Positions 7,996-15,969 of a stretch of DNA of 25,618 bases are shown one piece after another. This DNA comes from Candidatus Bipolaricaulia bacterium (GTDB lineage Bacteria > Bipolaricaulota > Bipolaricaulia > JBHIAT01). The position numbers and the translations under genes are program-made. The DNA is taken from NCBI GenBank assembly GCA_046758705.1, contig JBHIAT010000035.1, forward strand, positions 1-25,618, given 5' to 3'. The stretch's first letter is position 1. Every line of letters begins with the position of its first letter. A model generated the notes under the pieces. That model searched no databases and had not been told where the DNA came from. It was given only the letters and a program-made list of their open reading frames with translations.

Positions 7996-8901
7996 ATGAG
8001 ACAGGTGAAGCGCAAAGTCAAGGTCAAGACTGGGGTCCGGGTTGTCGGGGTCCTGGGGCTTGTCCTGCTGATCTGGTTTGGGATCTCGCAGCCGGCGTTC
8101 GCCCCGTACCACACAGCACCGCAGCCGCAGAGTCCAGCCCCCGCCCAGCTGGTCATCAACGAGGTGCTGTTCCTGCCGGAGTCGGGGGAGCAGTTGATCG
8201 AGATCGCCAACCTTGGCGAGTCCGAGGTAGATCTCTCCGGCTGGTTCCTGTGCAACCGGCCGAGTTACTGGGGAGTCCCGCGGGGCACGACGATCGGGCC
8301 GGGCGAGTTCCTGGTCGTTCACGTCGGGGTGCGGGGGGAGAACACTGAGACCGATCTGTTCGCCCCAGGCTTCGCTCGGCTCAACACCACCGCCGATGAG
8401 GTGGCGCTCTACTCCAGCAGCAACTTCAGCAGTTCCAGCGCACTCGTTGACTTCGTCCAGTGGGGAGCCGCCCGACAGCGTCCGACGCGGCTGGATGTGG
8501 CGATCTCGACTGGACAGTGGAACTCCGGGGAGTTCGTTGACGTAAGCGACCTTGAGGCCAGCCAGTCGATCGTCTACCAGGGAACGGGGGACGGTGCCGA
8601 CGCTTGGACCGTCGGCCTGGCGACGATCGGGGGCCCCAACGAACCGACGGTGGAAGTGGACATCCGGAACTTCGCCTTCCAGCCAGCGAATATTCGAGTA
8701 AAAGTTGGGACGATGGTCACTTGGGTTCAGCGGGATAACGTTCCGCACACAGTGACAAGCCGAACGGGCCTCTTCGATTCCGGCAATCTCTTGCTGGGCC
8801 AAAGCTTCACGTTCACGTTTGAGAAGCCGGGTAGCTACAACTACTACTGCAAGATTCACCCCTCCATGGAGGGGAAGGTCATTGTGGAGGAGGTGCCCTG
8901 A
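7996..8901 (+). CDS. Exported lamin-tail-domain + plastocyanin/amicyanin-type cupredoxin fusion
   Basis: Basic plus hydrophobic N-terminus. LTD motif 'LVINEV...IEIANLGESEVDLSGWFL'. Cupredoxin 'FAFQPANIRVKVGTMVTW...PHTVT...FTFTFEKPGSYNYYCKIHPSMEG' carries a complete H/C/H/M type-1 Cu set. Confidence 0.88.
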   Translation: MRQVKRKVKVKTGVRVVGVLGLVLLIWFGISQPAFAPYHTAPQPQSPAPAQLVINEVLFLPESGEQLIEIANLGESEVDLSGWFLCNRPSYWGVPRGTTIGPGEFLVVHVGVRGENTETDLFAPGFARLNTTADEVALYSSSNFSSSSALVDFVQWGAARQRPTRLDVAISTGQWNSGEFVDVSDLEASQSIVYQGTGDGADAWTVGLATIGGPNEPTVEVDIRNFAFQPANIRVKVGTMVTWVQRDNVPHTVTSRTGLFDSGNLLLGQSFTFTFEKPGSYNYYCKIHPSMEGKVIVEEVP

Positions 8902-9020
8902 CTTCAGCGAGGTGGGAAACGTGGGAGCCATAGCCCAACAGACAGGGGGAAGGAGACGGCCGTGACGGTACCCCTGACGTCTTCGCAAGCCGTATTGTCG
9001 GGGAAGGAGGTGACCTAAGG

Positions 9021-9317
9021 ATGAGAAAAGTATTGACTGTCATCTTGGCTCTTGGCCTGATCGTCTCGGTCAATCCGTTAGTGATGGCGAGGAATGGTTC
9101 AGATGACGGGGACGGGCCTAAGCAACGGAGCTCAGAGATGAGCAGAAAGGTGCTGGTCGGGTTTACGATCGGCTTTTTGTCAGGAGTCATCAGCCATCTC
9201 TTCGGTGTGTCCCTTCTAAGTGACACCGATATCGCCATCCATCTGATCCTCGGGGGAATTGGAGCAATCGTTGGGTTCCTATCGGCGCAATTGGATGGGG
9301 GGAGCAGTGGGAACTGA
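9021..9317 (+). CDS. Small hypothetical membrane protein
   Basis: Strong SD AAGGAGGTGA, signal-like N-terminus, two Gly-rich hydrophobic segments. Confidence 0.65.
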   Translation: MRKVLTVILALGLIVSVNPLVMARNGSDDGDGPKQRSSEMSRKVLVGFTIGFLSGVISHLFGVSLLSDTDIAIHLILGGIGAIVGFLSAQLDGGSSGN

Positions 9318-9348
9318 CCGAATACCGGTAACACAGGATGGGCCGGCG

Positions 9349-10095
9349 ATGAACTCGGACCCACGGATTGAACTGGTCGAACGACTGTTTGCTGACACCG
9401 GGCCGACCTACGACCACATCGTCAACCTGTGTACCGCCGGGATTGACGGGCGGTGGAAGCGCAAGATCCTCGTCCAACTGCCGCCACAGCCCGAGCGGAT
9501 CGTGGATCTGGCAGCTGGCACGGGCATCCTGACCTTCGCCATCGCGCGGCGCTTCCCCGACTGTCACGTGATCGGCGTAGAGCTGCGTGCCGAGTACCTG
9601 GACATCGCCCGGGCCCGGGCCGCCCGCGAGCGCATGGCCAACGTCGAATTTATCCTGGGGCGGGCCGAGGAAGTTCGGCTACCGGACCCGGTGGATGCCA
9701 TCACCTCATCTTACCTGGCCAAGTACGCCGACCTACCCCGCTTGGCCCGCACTATGCACGAGATGCTGCGCGCTGGAGGGCTGATCGTGGCACATGAATT
9801 CACCCATCCCGCCCGACCGGTTCTGGTCTGGGCATGGGAACTCTATATGCAGGTGCTCCGGCGTCTGAGCAGCCGTCTATATCCGCAGTGGCAGACGATT
9901 TTCTACGAGTTGCCCGGTCTGATCAGGCAGACGACCTGGGTACAGGACCTGATGCACGCGCTGCGGACGGAAGGGTTTGTGGATATCCGCTTCGAACCGT
10001 TGACGCTGGGAGGTGCGGGGCTGATCACGGCGAGAAAGGGAACCGCAGCCGCCAAAGGAGCATCCCCAGTCCCAGCAGGATCACACCCAGGCTGA
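9349..10095 (+). CDS. Class I SAM-dependent methyltransferase, UbiE/MenG-like
   Basis: 'VERLF...YD..VNL.T.G.D.RWK', motif I 'IVDLAAGTGIL', 'GVEL', 'LRAGG'. ATG 9349 avoids overlap with the upstream gene. Confidence 0.85.
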   Translation: MNSDPRIELVERLFADTGPTYDHIVNLCTAGIDGRWKRKILVQLPPQPERIVDLAAGTGILTFAIARRFPDCHVIGVELRAEYLDIARARAARERMANVEFILGRAEEVRLPDPVDAITSSYLAKYADLPRLARTMHEMLRAGGLIVAHEFTHPARPVLVWAWELYMQVLRRLSSRLYPQWQTIFYELPGLIRQTTWVQDLMHALRTEGFVDIRFEPLTLGGAGLITARKGTAAAKGASPVPAGSHPG

Positions 10096-10753
10096 TGCTT
10101 TTCAAGATGCGCTCGTAGATCGCTGCGCTGCGCGGCCCGGCGGCGTCCTGACCTGGAGCGCGCTTGAGGACCTTGTAGGGGCGGGAGGCCGTGATCTCCA
10201 CCAAGCTGAACAAGCCGGCGGCCAACGCCACCAGCAGCGCGGCCAGCGACAGCCGGTTGGTCTGCATCACGTAGCCCGCCAGCACAGGCAGCACGCCCCA
10301 GGAGAAGAAGAACCAGCCGTCAGTGTGGAAGCGACCGTTGAACCACTCGAGGTTATAGGCAAATAGGAAGAAGAACTCCAGCAGGCCGATCGGCCATAAC
10401 AGGGGAGCATGGTAGAGGGCATAGTACCCGCCGATTACGGCGGCTGGCAGCGAGGTGAGTATCATCAGGCTCCACAACTGAGCCGGGCTGAAGTGTGTTG
10501 CCCACGGCTTGACGCCGCGACTGCCCAGCGCATCGAGCGCGTGGGCGGCGATACCCAGCGCCAGGAAATAGACGACCGCCAGCGCGCCGACGCGTTTCAT
10601 GTCAACTGACCCGGCCAGCGTTGCGCCGATGACCGTATAGGCGAGCACCATACCGGTGTAGGGCAGAAACAGCAGACCGACGAAAATGCGGAATTTGATC
10701 GGCCCGATGGATGGCACAAACCACTCTGTGTGGCGATCGTTCGTGTCTGGCAT
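10025..10753 (-). CDS. Polytopic membrane protein, possibly a divergent UbiA-superfamily member
   Basis: About 8 hydrophobic helices with 'LPYTGM..AY', 'AAHALDALG', 'FAYNLE..NGRFHTD.WF..SWG.LP'. The UbiA resemblance rests on helix and motif spacing only. Confidence 0.6.
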   Translation of the reverse strand: MPDTNDRHTEWFVPSIGPIKFRIFVGLLFLPYTGMVLAYTVIGATLAGSVDMKRVGALAVVYFLALGIAAHALDALGSRGVKPWATHFSPAQLWSLMILTSLPAAVIGGYYALYHAPLLWPIGLLEFFFLFAYNLEWFNGRFHTDGWFFFSWGVLPVLAGYVMQTNRLSLAALLVALAAGLFSLVEITASRPYKVLKRAPGQDAAGPRSAAIYERILKSISLGVILLGLGMLLWRLRFPFSP

Positions 10754-10876
10754 GGCGTCTCATCCCAGGTCGTGGCGAGCTTGGATTGTGGTGGCACAGG
10801 CACACACCACTCGGCGCAACAGGATATTGGAACAATTATAAGGGGGCCAAAATTAGTTGACAAACTATGAGGATTT

Positions 10877-10907
10877 CTAGCAGATTTAAGATAATGAGAT
10901 CTGCTAG
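10877..10907. promoter_or_regulatory. Inverted repeat in a divergent intergenic region, candidate operator
   Basis: CTAGCAGAT (10877-10885), 13 nt, ATCTGCTAG (10899-10907). The region is AT-rich and TTGACA lies at 10857-10862. Confidence 0.45.
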
Positions 10908-10996
10908 TGTGAGAAATCTAACAACGTTCTATGACCAAACGCATCCCTTGAGCTGTCCAAAATCATAGCAAACTTCGATTCACTTCTTTAGATTAA

Positions 10997-11971
10997 ATGA
11001 TGAAGGCCATGAAGATGAAAAACAGAAGGGTTTGGCTTGCCGTCATCGGGTCGGCCTCTCTGCTTGCAGTGATTACGGCACTTGCCATCTACATCCTCAC
11101 CGTGGGCGTGGAGCAGACGTTCACCGGAAGCGTCACATGGCTTGCCCATGCCTTTGCCGATGAGGCCTCCCGTTATATCGCGATGGCGGACCAAGATAAT
11201 CAAAACCCTCAGGAGACGTTACGACCCTGGGCCCAGAAGGTCGTGCAAGACTACTTGTTCTATGCGCAGGTCGTCAAAGATGGAAAAACCTTGGTGGAGG
11301 AGAAGGCCCCACAGGCGATCAACCTGGATCTGAACGTGGGAACCCCTTCTTCGGAGATGTCAGTTGTCAAGGGACGCCTGCCCGATGGGACGCCCTACTT
11401 AGATCTGATCAGAATCCTGGAGTCGTCTGATGGCAACGTCGATTCGGGGAGCTATCTCCGCATGGGGATCTCGCTGGCTCGTGTCCATTCGGGGGTCTGG
11501 ACGGGGACCTTGATCCTCGCCGGTGTTGGCCTGGCAGGCATCTTCAGCAGCTCCATCTTGATCTTCTATGTCGGTGGGGCGAGGGCAGCACGAGCGCCGG
11601 AGCCGGTGACTGTGCCCGAATTTGCATCGGTACGCGCTGGAGCTGCTGACAACAGGCAAGACGGGGACAACTCTCTCTGGAAGGTTGGCAAGCTGCAGAT
11701 CGATGATCGAAGCAAAAAGGTGCAGATCAATGGTCACAGTGTCAGGCTGACTCCTCGGGAATATGAGGTGTTGAAGCTGTTGGCCTCCGAGCCTGATAGG
11801 GTCTTCTCCAATCAAAAGATCATTGCCCAGGTCTGGCCGGAGAACTCAGTAGCTTCGGCCGATGACGTGCGCAAATATATCCGTTTTCTGAGGCATAAAC
11901 TGGAAGAGAACCCCACGCGCCCACAACTCATTCTCACCATAAAGGGCTTCGGCTACAAGCTCGCCCCTTAG
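10997..11971 (+). CDS. Membrane protein: TM - sensor-like domain - TM - C-terminal OmpR/PhoB winged helix (paralog 2)
   Basis: Same architecture as 6919-7863, with 'LTPREYEVLKLLASEPDRVFS...LRHKLEENPTRPQLILTIKGFGYKL'. Several possible in-frame start Mets. Confidence 0.85.
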   Translation: MMKAMKMKNRRVWLAVIGSASLLAVITALAIYILTVGVEQTFTGSVTWLAHAFADEASRYIAMADQDNQNPQETLRPWAQKVVQDYLFYAQVVKDGKTLVEEKAPQAINLDLNVGTPSSEMSVVKGRLPDGTPYLDLIRILESSDGNVDSGSYLRMGISLARVHSGVWTGTLILAGVGLAGIFSSSILIFYVGGARAARAPEPVTVPEFASVRAGAADNRQDGDNSLWKVGKLQIDDRSKKVQINGHSVRLTPREYEVLKLLASEPDRVFSNQKIIAQVWPENSVASADDVRKYIRFLRHKLEENPTRPQLILTIKGFGYKLAP

Positions 11972-11984
11972 CAATATACGAGGG

Positions 11985-12054
11985 CTTTACCTGGTTTTCC
12001 CCGCGATTTTCTTTTACTTTTCCGGTTGCTGCTCTGGACTTTCCCCGCTATAGT
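11985..12054 (+). promoter_or_regulatory. 11-bp-phased T/C-tract repeats followed by a TATAGT -10-like box
   Basis: ctttacctggt|tttccccgcga|ttttcttttac|ttttccggttg|ctgctctggac|tttccccgcta. TTTCCCCGC recurs exactly 44 bp apart (11996, 12040). TATAGT is at 12049-12054. Confidence 0.5.
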
Positions 12055-12104
12055 TCGTGTATTTTTAGTTAAAGATCTTCAAATCTTCTATATGAGGTGA
12101 TCCG

Positions 12105-12761
12105 ATGATGAAGCGTTCAGCCCAGTGGCTTACGGTCTTAGCGGTGTTGGTTGGAGGAGTGTTTCTCCTCACGAATCTGCAGACAGGGTTCCAAGGGGGG
12201 GACGTCTTGGCCCAGACTGGGGATGCAGAGCCCGGGTGCAAGCGGGGTGCCCCCGTTAAGGAGTTCTTCCTCATGACGGGCGAGTGGAAGCAGACCAAAG
12301 GCATTGAAAAAGATCGCGGAGTTCCGCTGGAAGAAGAAGATGGCACAACCGAGGTCGAACGCTACACCTTCGACCCCGGGACGGTCACCGTGAACGTCTG
12401 GGATTGCGTACGTCTCTTCATCCATGACATCCAGGGGAACCGTCACAGTACGGTGATCTTCGGCACCGCCGTCGACTCTGTCGAGGCTCCCATTGTGGAT
12501 GACCGGGGGAATGTGGTGGCCACAGCCGTCGAGCGTCCCAACCCCAACGCCGGGATCGACGGACCTAATCGGTTGGAAGACGGAGAGTTCGCCCGTGGCG
12601 AGCAGATCCTGTTGGAGTTCACACCGACCCAACCTGGTGTGCTGCAGCTCGTCTGCGAAATCCATACCTTCATCGATGAGGACGGCAACCTGAGGGGCTA
12701 TGACGATAAAGGTGAGCCCACCGGTGGACCGATGGTCGGTTACATCATCGTATTGCCCTAG
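12105..12761 (+). CDS. Exported cupredoxin-fold protein with long insertions
   Basis: Signal-like N-terminus, 'YTFDPGTVTVNV.D.VRL', 'GNRH', 'LEFTPTQPG...LVCEIH-x22-MVGYIIV'. SD GAGGTGA. Confidence 0.75.
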   Translation: MMKRSAQWLTVLAVLVGGVFLLTNLQTGFQGGDVLAQTGDAEPGCKRGAPVKEFFLMTGEWKQTKGIEKDRGVPLEEEDGTTEVERYTFDPGTVTVNVWDCVRLFIHDIQGNRHSTVIFGTAVDSVEAPIVDDRGNVVATAVERPNPNAGIDGPNRLEDGEFARGEQILLEFTPTQPGVLQLVCEIHTFIDEDGNLRGYDDKGEPTGGPMVGYIIVLP

Positions 12762-12777
12762 GAGTCGTTCAACGCAG

Positions 12778-12820
12778 AGCCGGGAAGCCCGGGTTTCCTC
12801 TTCCGGGCTTCCTGGCTTTT
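12778..12820 (+). terminator. Rho-independent terminator / stem-loop
   Basis: 15-bp stem AGCCGGGAAGCCCGG / CCGGGCTTCCTGGCT (one G-U pair), 10-nt loop, short T run. Confidence 0.75.
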
Positions 12821-12850
12821 CGCGTTTGTAAACGGAAGAGGAAACAAGCA

Positions 12851-13378
12851 TTGAAGCAGACGCTCGCAACCGGCGCGGTTCTCTTGGTCATGGCTGCCTT
12901 GATCGCCTGGATGCTTCAACGGGTGGCGGAGTATCCCGGCGTGGAGCGCTCCGTCGAGGGCCAGCTCCCCTCTTGGTTTGTGGGGGACACGCTCTCTGCT
13001 CAGCCCGCTCAGCCAAGCGCGGAGAGAGTAGAAAAGACGCCTGAGAAGAACCCATACGAGGACTACACCCTGATTACGGGCATGGAGGTAAAGATTGACG
13101 AAAGGGAGTACAAGCTGGAGCCCAACCAGATCCTGATCCAGGTCGAGGCGCTCCCGGCCACGGTCACGTTCGTTCTCCGCAACCGGGGCCGCGTCACCCA
13201 CGACTTTCGCGTCAAGGGCCACGGGCTAGATATCAAGGCTCCCAGGTTCGGCCCCAGACGCTCTCAAGAGCTTCAGGTGACCTTCGAGGAGCCGGGTGAG
13301 TATGAGATCACCTGTCCGTTGAGCAACCACGCCGAGCGCGGCATGCGGGGGACCTTGGCCATCCAGATTCAGGGGTGA
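12851..13378 (+). CDS. Membrane-anchored/exported cupredoxin
   Basis: N-terminal TM, 'VTFVLRNRGRVTHDF', 'VTFEEPGEYEITCPLSNHAERGMRGTL' (H...C-x4-H-x4-M). TTG start. The stop overlaps the next start. Confidence 0.85.
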   Translation: MKQTLATGAVLLVMAALIAWMLQRVAEYPGVERSVEGQLPSWFVGDTLSAQPAQPSAERVEKTPEKNPYEDYTLITGMEVKIDEREYKLEPNQILIQVEALPATVTFVLRNRGRVTHDFRVKGHGLDIKAPRFGPRRSQELQVTFEEPGEYEITCPLSNHAERGMRGTLAIQIQG

Positions 13379-14796
13379 GCGTGATGCCCGTCGACATCCC
13401 AATGTTGGGTGCCCGCAATGCCCTTTGGTTCGCTGCCCAGCTCCATCTCTTCTTTGCGGCGTTCGTGCTCGGCGCGCCCATTTTTATCGTCATCAGCGAA
13501 TGGCTGGGCCTGCGCACCCAAGATCCCCGTTACGAACGTCTGGCCAAAGAGACGATGAAAGTCGTGGCCATCGCCTACTCGCTCACCGCCATCTTTGGGG
13601 TGCTGTTTGCGTTCGTGCTCATGGGGCCGTATCAGCCGGTCACCAACTATCTGTTTAGAACGCTCTATCCCGTCTTTGCCCTGTACGGGCTCTTCATCTT
13701 GCTCGAGACCGTCTGCATGTACATTTACTGGTATACCTGGGAGCCTTGGAGCCAAACGGTGGCCCGCAAGCGTGCTCACATCGGGATCGGCGTTCTTTTA
13801 AACCTGCTGGGCACGATCGTGATGTTCCTGATGAACGCCGTGAGCGGCTTCATGAACACCCCGCCGAAAGAGATCGAGACGGCGAGCTTGTGGATGATGG
13901 TTAACAACGCCGCCTGGTGGCCCCTGAATCTGCACCGATTTCTGGGCAACGTGACCTTTGGCGGTTTCGTGGTAGCGCTCTTTGCAGCATTTATGTTTTT
14001 GACGTCGAGAGAAGAAGAGGACAGAGCATTCTACGACTGGATGGGCTATATCGGCAACTTGATCGGCGTGGGCACGCTCATGACGCTGCCCTTGGCCGGC
14101 TACATCCTTGCCAAGGATTTCTTTCTGTACGACGCACAGCTGGCCACCTTCATGATGGCCGACAAACTCTCAGGTTACTTCGTGACACAGGGGCTTTTGG
14201 TCGTGCTGCTCTTTCTGGGGGCGAACTATTACATGTGGCTATCGATGAAGCGCATCGAGGGGGGCATTCGTTTTGAGCCGCACATGAAGGCGATCTTCGC
14301 CGTGATGTTGGCGGGGGGCATCATCTGGATGGTACCCCAGAACTTCTTCCCAGATCTGCTGGCCCAGCCCCCGGCAGGGGTGAGCGAGGAGGTGTTGATC
14401 CTACCCGAGCGCTTTGCATTTTTGGGTCTGATGGTGGCCAAGGCGCTGGCCGTCACAGCCATCATCATCATGACCTTCGTGACCTATCTGCTCTATCGGC
14501 GCGCGCGCGCCACGGGCAAAATTTTATGGGGCCGTATCGACCCGATGGCCCAGTACGTGCTCATCTTTATCCCCGCGATCGCTGTGTATCTCATGGGGCT
14601 GATGGGAGCGATCCGCGAGCTCACCCGCATGGACTACCACATCTACGGCTTGGTCAAAGACATCACTCCCTACTGGTATACGGCCACGTTGGGCCATTCG
14701 TCGATCATGGCGGCGGTGACGACGGTGCTTTTCTTCGTGCTGCTGGCGTTCATCTTTTGGATCGGGTTTGTGTTGAGAGGGAGTGAGGAGGGCTGA
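13375..14796 (+). CDS. Cytochrome bd-like oxidase subunit I (non-canonical CydA homolog)
   Basis: About 10 TM helices. Helix I His in 'WFAAQLHLFFAAFVLG', then 'FILLET', 'SGFMNTP' and a second His in 'NLHRFLGN'. 'LMGAIRE..R' stands where canonical CydA has GRQPW. No Q-loop-like region. Confidence 0.8.
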   Translation: MSVMPVDIPMLGARNALWFAAQLHLFFAAFVLGAPIFIVISEWLGLRTQDPRYERLAKETMKVVAIAYSLTAIFGVLFAFVLMGPYQPVTNYLFRTLYPVFALYGLFILLETVCMYIYWYTWEPWSQTVARKRAHIGIGVLLNLLGTIVMFLMNAVSGFMNTPPKEIETASLWMMVNNAAWWPLNLHRFLGNVTFGGFVVALFAAFMFLTSREEEDRAFYDWMGYIGNLIGVGTLMTLPLAGYILAKDFFLYDAQLATFMMADKLSGYFVTQGLLVVLLFLGANYYMWLSMKRIEGGIRFEPHMKAIFAVMLAGGIIWMVPQNFFPDLLAQPPAGVSEEVLILPERFAFLGLMVAKALAVTAIIIMTFVTYLLYRRARATGKILWGRIDPMAQYVLIFIPAIAVYLMGLMGAIRELTRMDYHIYGLVKDITPYWYTATLGHSSIMAAVTTVLFFVLLAFIFWIGFVLRGSEEG

Positions 14797-15515
14797 TGAG
14801 CGATCCCGAGGTGTCGAAGGACCTGTGGCGGCGCATCAAGGGCCCGGTGATCTTCGCTCTGGTCGGCTTGGCTGTGATCTGGGGCCTGCTGCCGCGGGTG
14901 TCCCCAAGCTGGAGGATGCACTTCGGCGTGCCGTACCTGGTGTTTTTCAGTCTGGCCACACTCAGCGCCAGCCTGTTTTTCGTCCTGCTCAACTGGGGGC
15001 CGATCCGCCGGCCCGGCTCCCCCTTTGCCACCTTCGTCAGCATCTTGTTCGTCTGTGTGGCCACCGTCGGAGGGTTAGTGGCCTTTGGGCTCTGGTACTA
15101 TCCCCAGTTTGAGATCCCCCAGCCGGCTGCGGAGCAGGCAGAAGAGGAAGAGACGACGGCGGCCGAGGAGCAGGGCAGGGAGGTCTTTTTGGCGGCCGGC
15201 TGCATCGCGTGTCATTCGATTGAAGCGCTGGACATCCGTGGCGGGCAACGGGGGCCGGATCTCTCTCATGTAGGCAAGCAGGCTGAAACTCGCAAGCCCG
15301 GCATCTCCGCGGAAGCCTATCTCAGAGAGTCTATCGTGGACCCGTGGGCTTGCTTCACCCCCCTGCCGGGAAGTGGGCTCGTCAAGTGCCAGCCCGCGGC
15401 CGATCCCGCGAAGACTTATCCACAGATGATGCCCCCCGGCTTTGGAAATCGGCTGACCGAAGCGCAGCTTAACGATTTAATCGCTTTCTTAAAGAGCCTG
15501 AAAGGAACTCAATAG
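14796..15515 (+). CDS. Membrane-anchored monoheme cytochrome c
   Basis: Three N-terminal hydrophobic segments, 'GREVF...GCIACH', 'GPDLS', 'YLRESIVDP', axial 'MMP', 'LTEAQLNDLIAFL'. Confidence 0.9.
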   Translation: MSDPEVSKDLWRRIKGPVIFALVGLAVIWGLLPRVSPSWRMHFGVPYLVFFSLATLSASLFFVLLNWGPIRRPGSPFATFVSILFVCVATVGGLVAFGLWYYPQFEIPQPAAEQAEEEETTAAEEQGREVFLAAGCIACHSIEALDIRGGQRGPDLSHVGKQAETRKPGISAEAYLRESIVDPWACFTPLPGSGLVKCQPAADPAKTYPQMMPPGFGNRLTEAQLNDLIAFLKSLKGTQ

Positions 15516-15516
15516 C

Positions 15517-15963
15517 GTGGCGGGGTCGAAGCGTCCAAGAGTCGAAGGAGCTAAAGGCGCTCTGACCTCCGGGGATATCGCCTGGGGATCGGTTTTCGTT
15601 GGTTACGGCATCGCTGTGCTAGGCACGCTGCTCTTTGGGGGCCTGGGGCTGTTTGTGATGGATAAGGGGATGTGGTGGGTGGCCAACTGGGGCCTGGGCT
15701 TTTTGCTGCTGGGGGGCCTTGTAGCAGGCTTTTCAGCCAAGACAACCGAACCCTTAAACGGTGCGTTTATCGCCGTCTTCTACTTTGCGACGGCCACTTT
15801 GATCATCTTTATCGAGGAGTTTCTCAACATCTTGCCGGATCCGTTGCCCGGCCTGCCACGAGGGGACTCGACATTCTTCTTCGTCTGGCCGCTGGGCCAG
15901 CTGGTGGCGGCTACCGTGGGAGCCAGTCTGGGTGGCTGGTTCGCTGTCAAGCGGAGGAGGTGA
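15517..15963 (+). CDS. Small integral membrane protein (~4 TM), unknown function
   Basis: Gly-rich hydrophobic helices and a 'PDPLPGLPRGDSTFFF' loop. Packed 1 and 6 nt from its neighbours. Confidence 0.75.
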   Translation: MAGSKRPRVEGAKGALTSGDIAWGSVFVGYGIAVLGTLLFGGLGLFVMDKGMWWVANWGLGFLLLGGLVAGFSAKTTEPLNGAFIAVFYFATATLIIFIEEFLNILPDPLPGLPRGDSTFFFVWPLGQLVAATVGASLGGWFAVKRRR

Positions 15964-15969
15964 GCGCGG

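Noticed and set aside
8902-9020. Possible riboswitch or structured RNA between the LTD-cupredoxin and the small membrane gene
   Set aside because: Only short imperfect stems (e.g. CCCTGAC/GTCGGGG) are present and I recognise no aptamer consensus. An Rfam/Infernal scan would be needed.
10857-10895. Complete sigma70 promoter from TTGACA at 10857
   Set aside because: There is no acceptable -10 hexamer at 16-18 nt spacing, so only the inverted repeat is reported.
12105-12761. Nitrosocyanin (red copper protein) call
   Set aside because: It has His at the first ligand position and a distal Met, not the Glu and C-x2-H-x4-H set of nitrosocyanin.
13375-14796. Assigning gene symbol cydA, or inferring nitrite oxidation
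   Set aside because: It lacks the Q-loop, GRQPW and cydB. No molybdoenzyme (nxr/nar) genes are in the window, so metabolism cannot be inferred.
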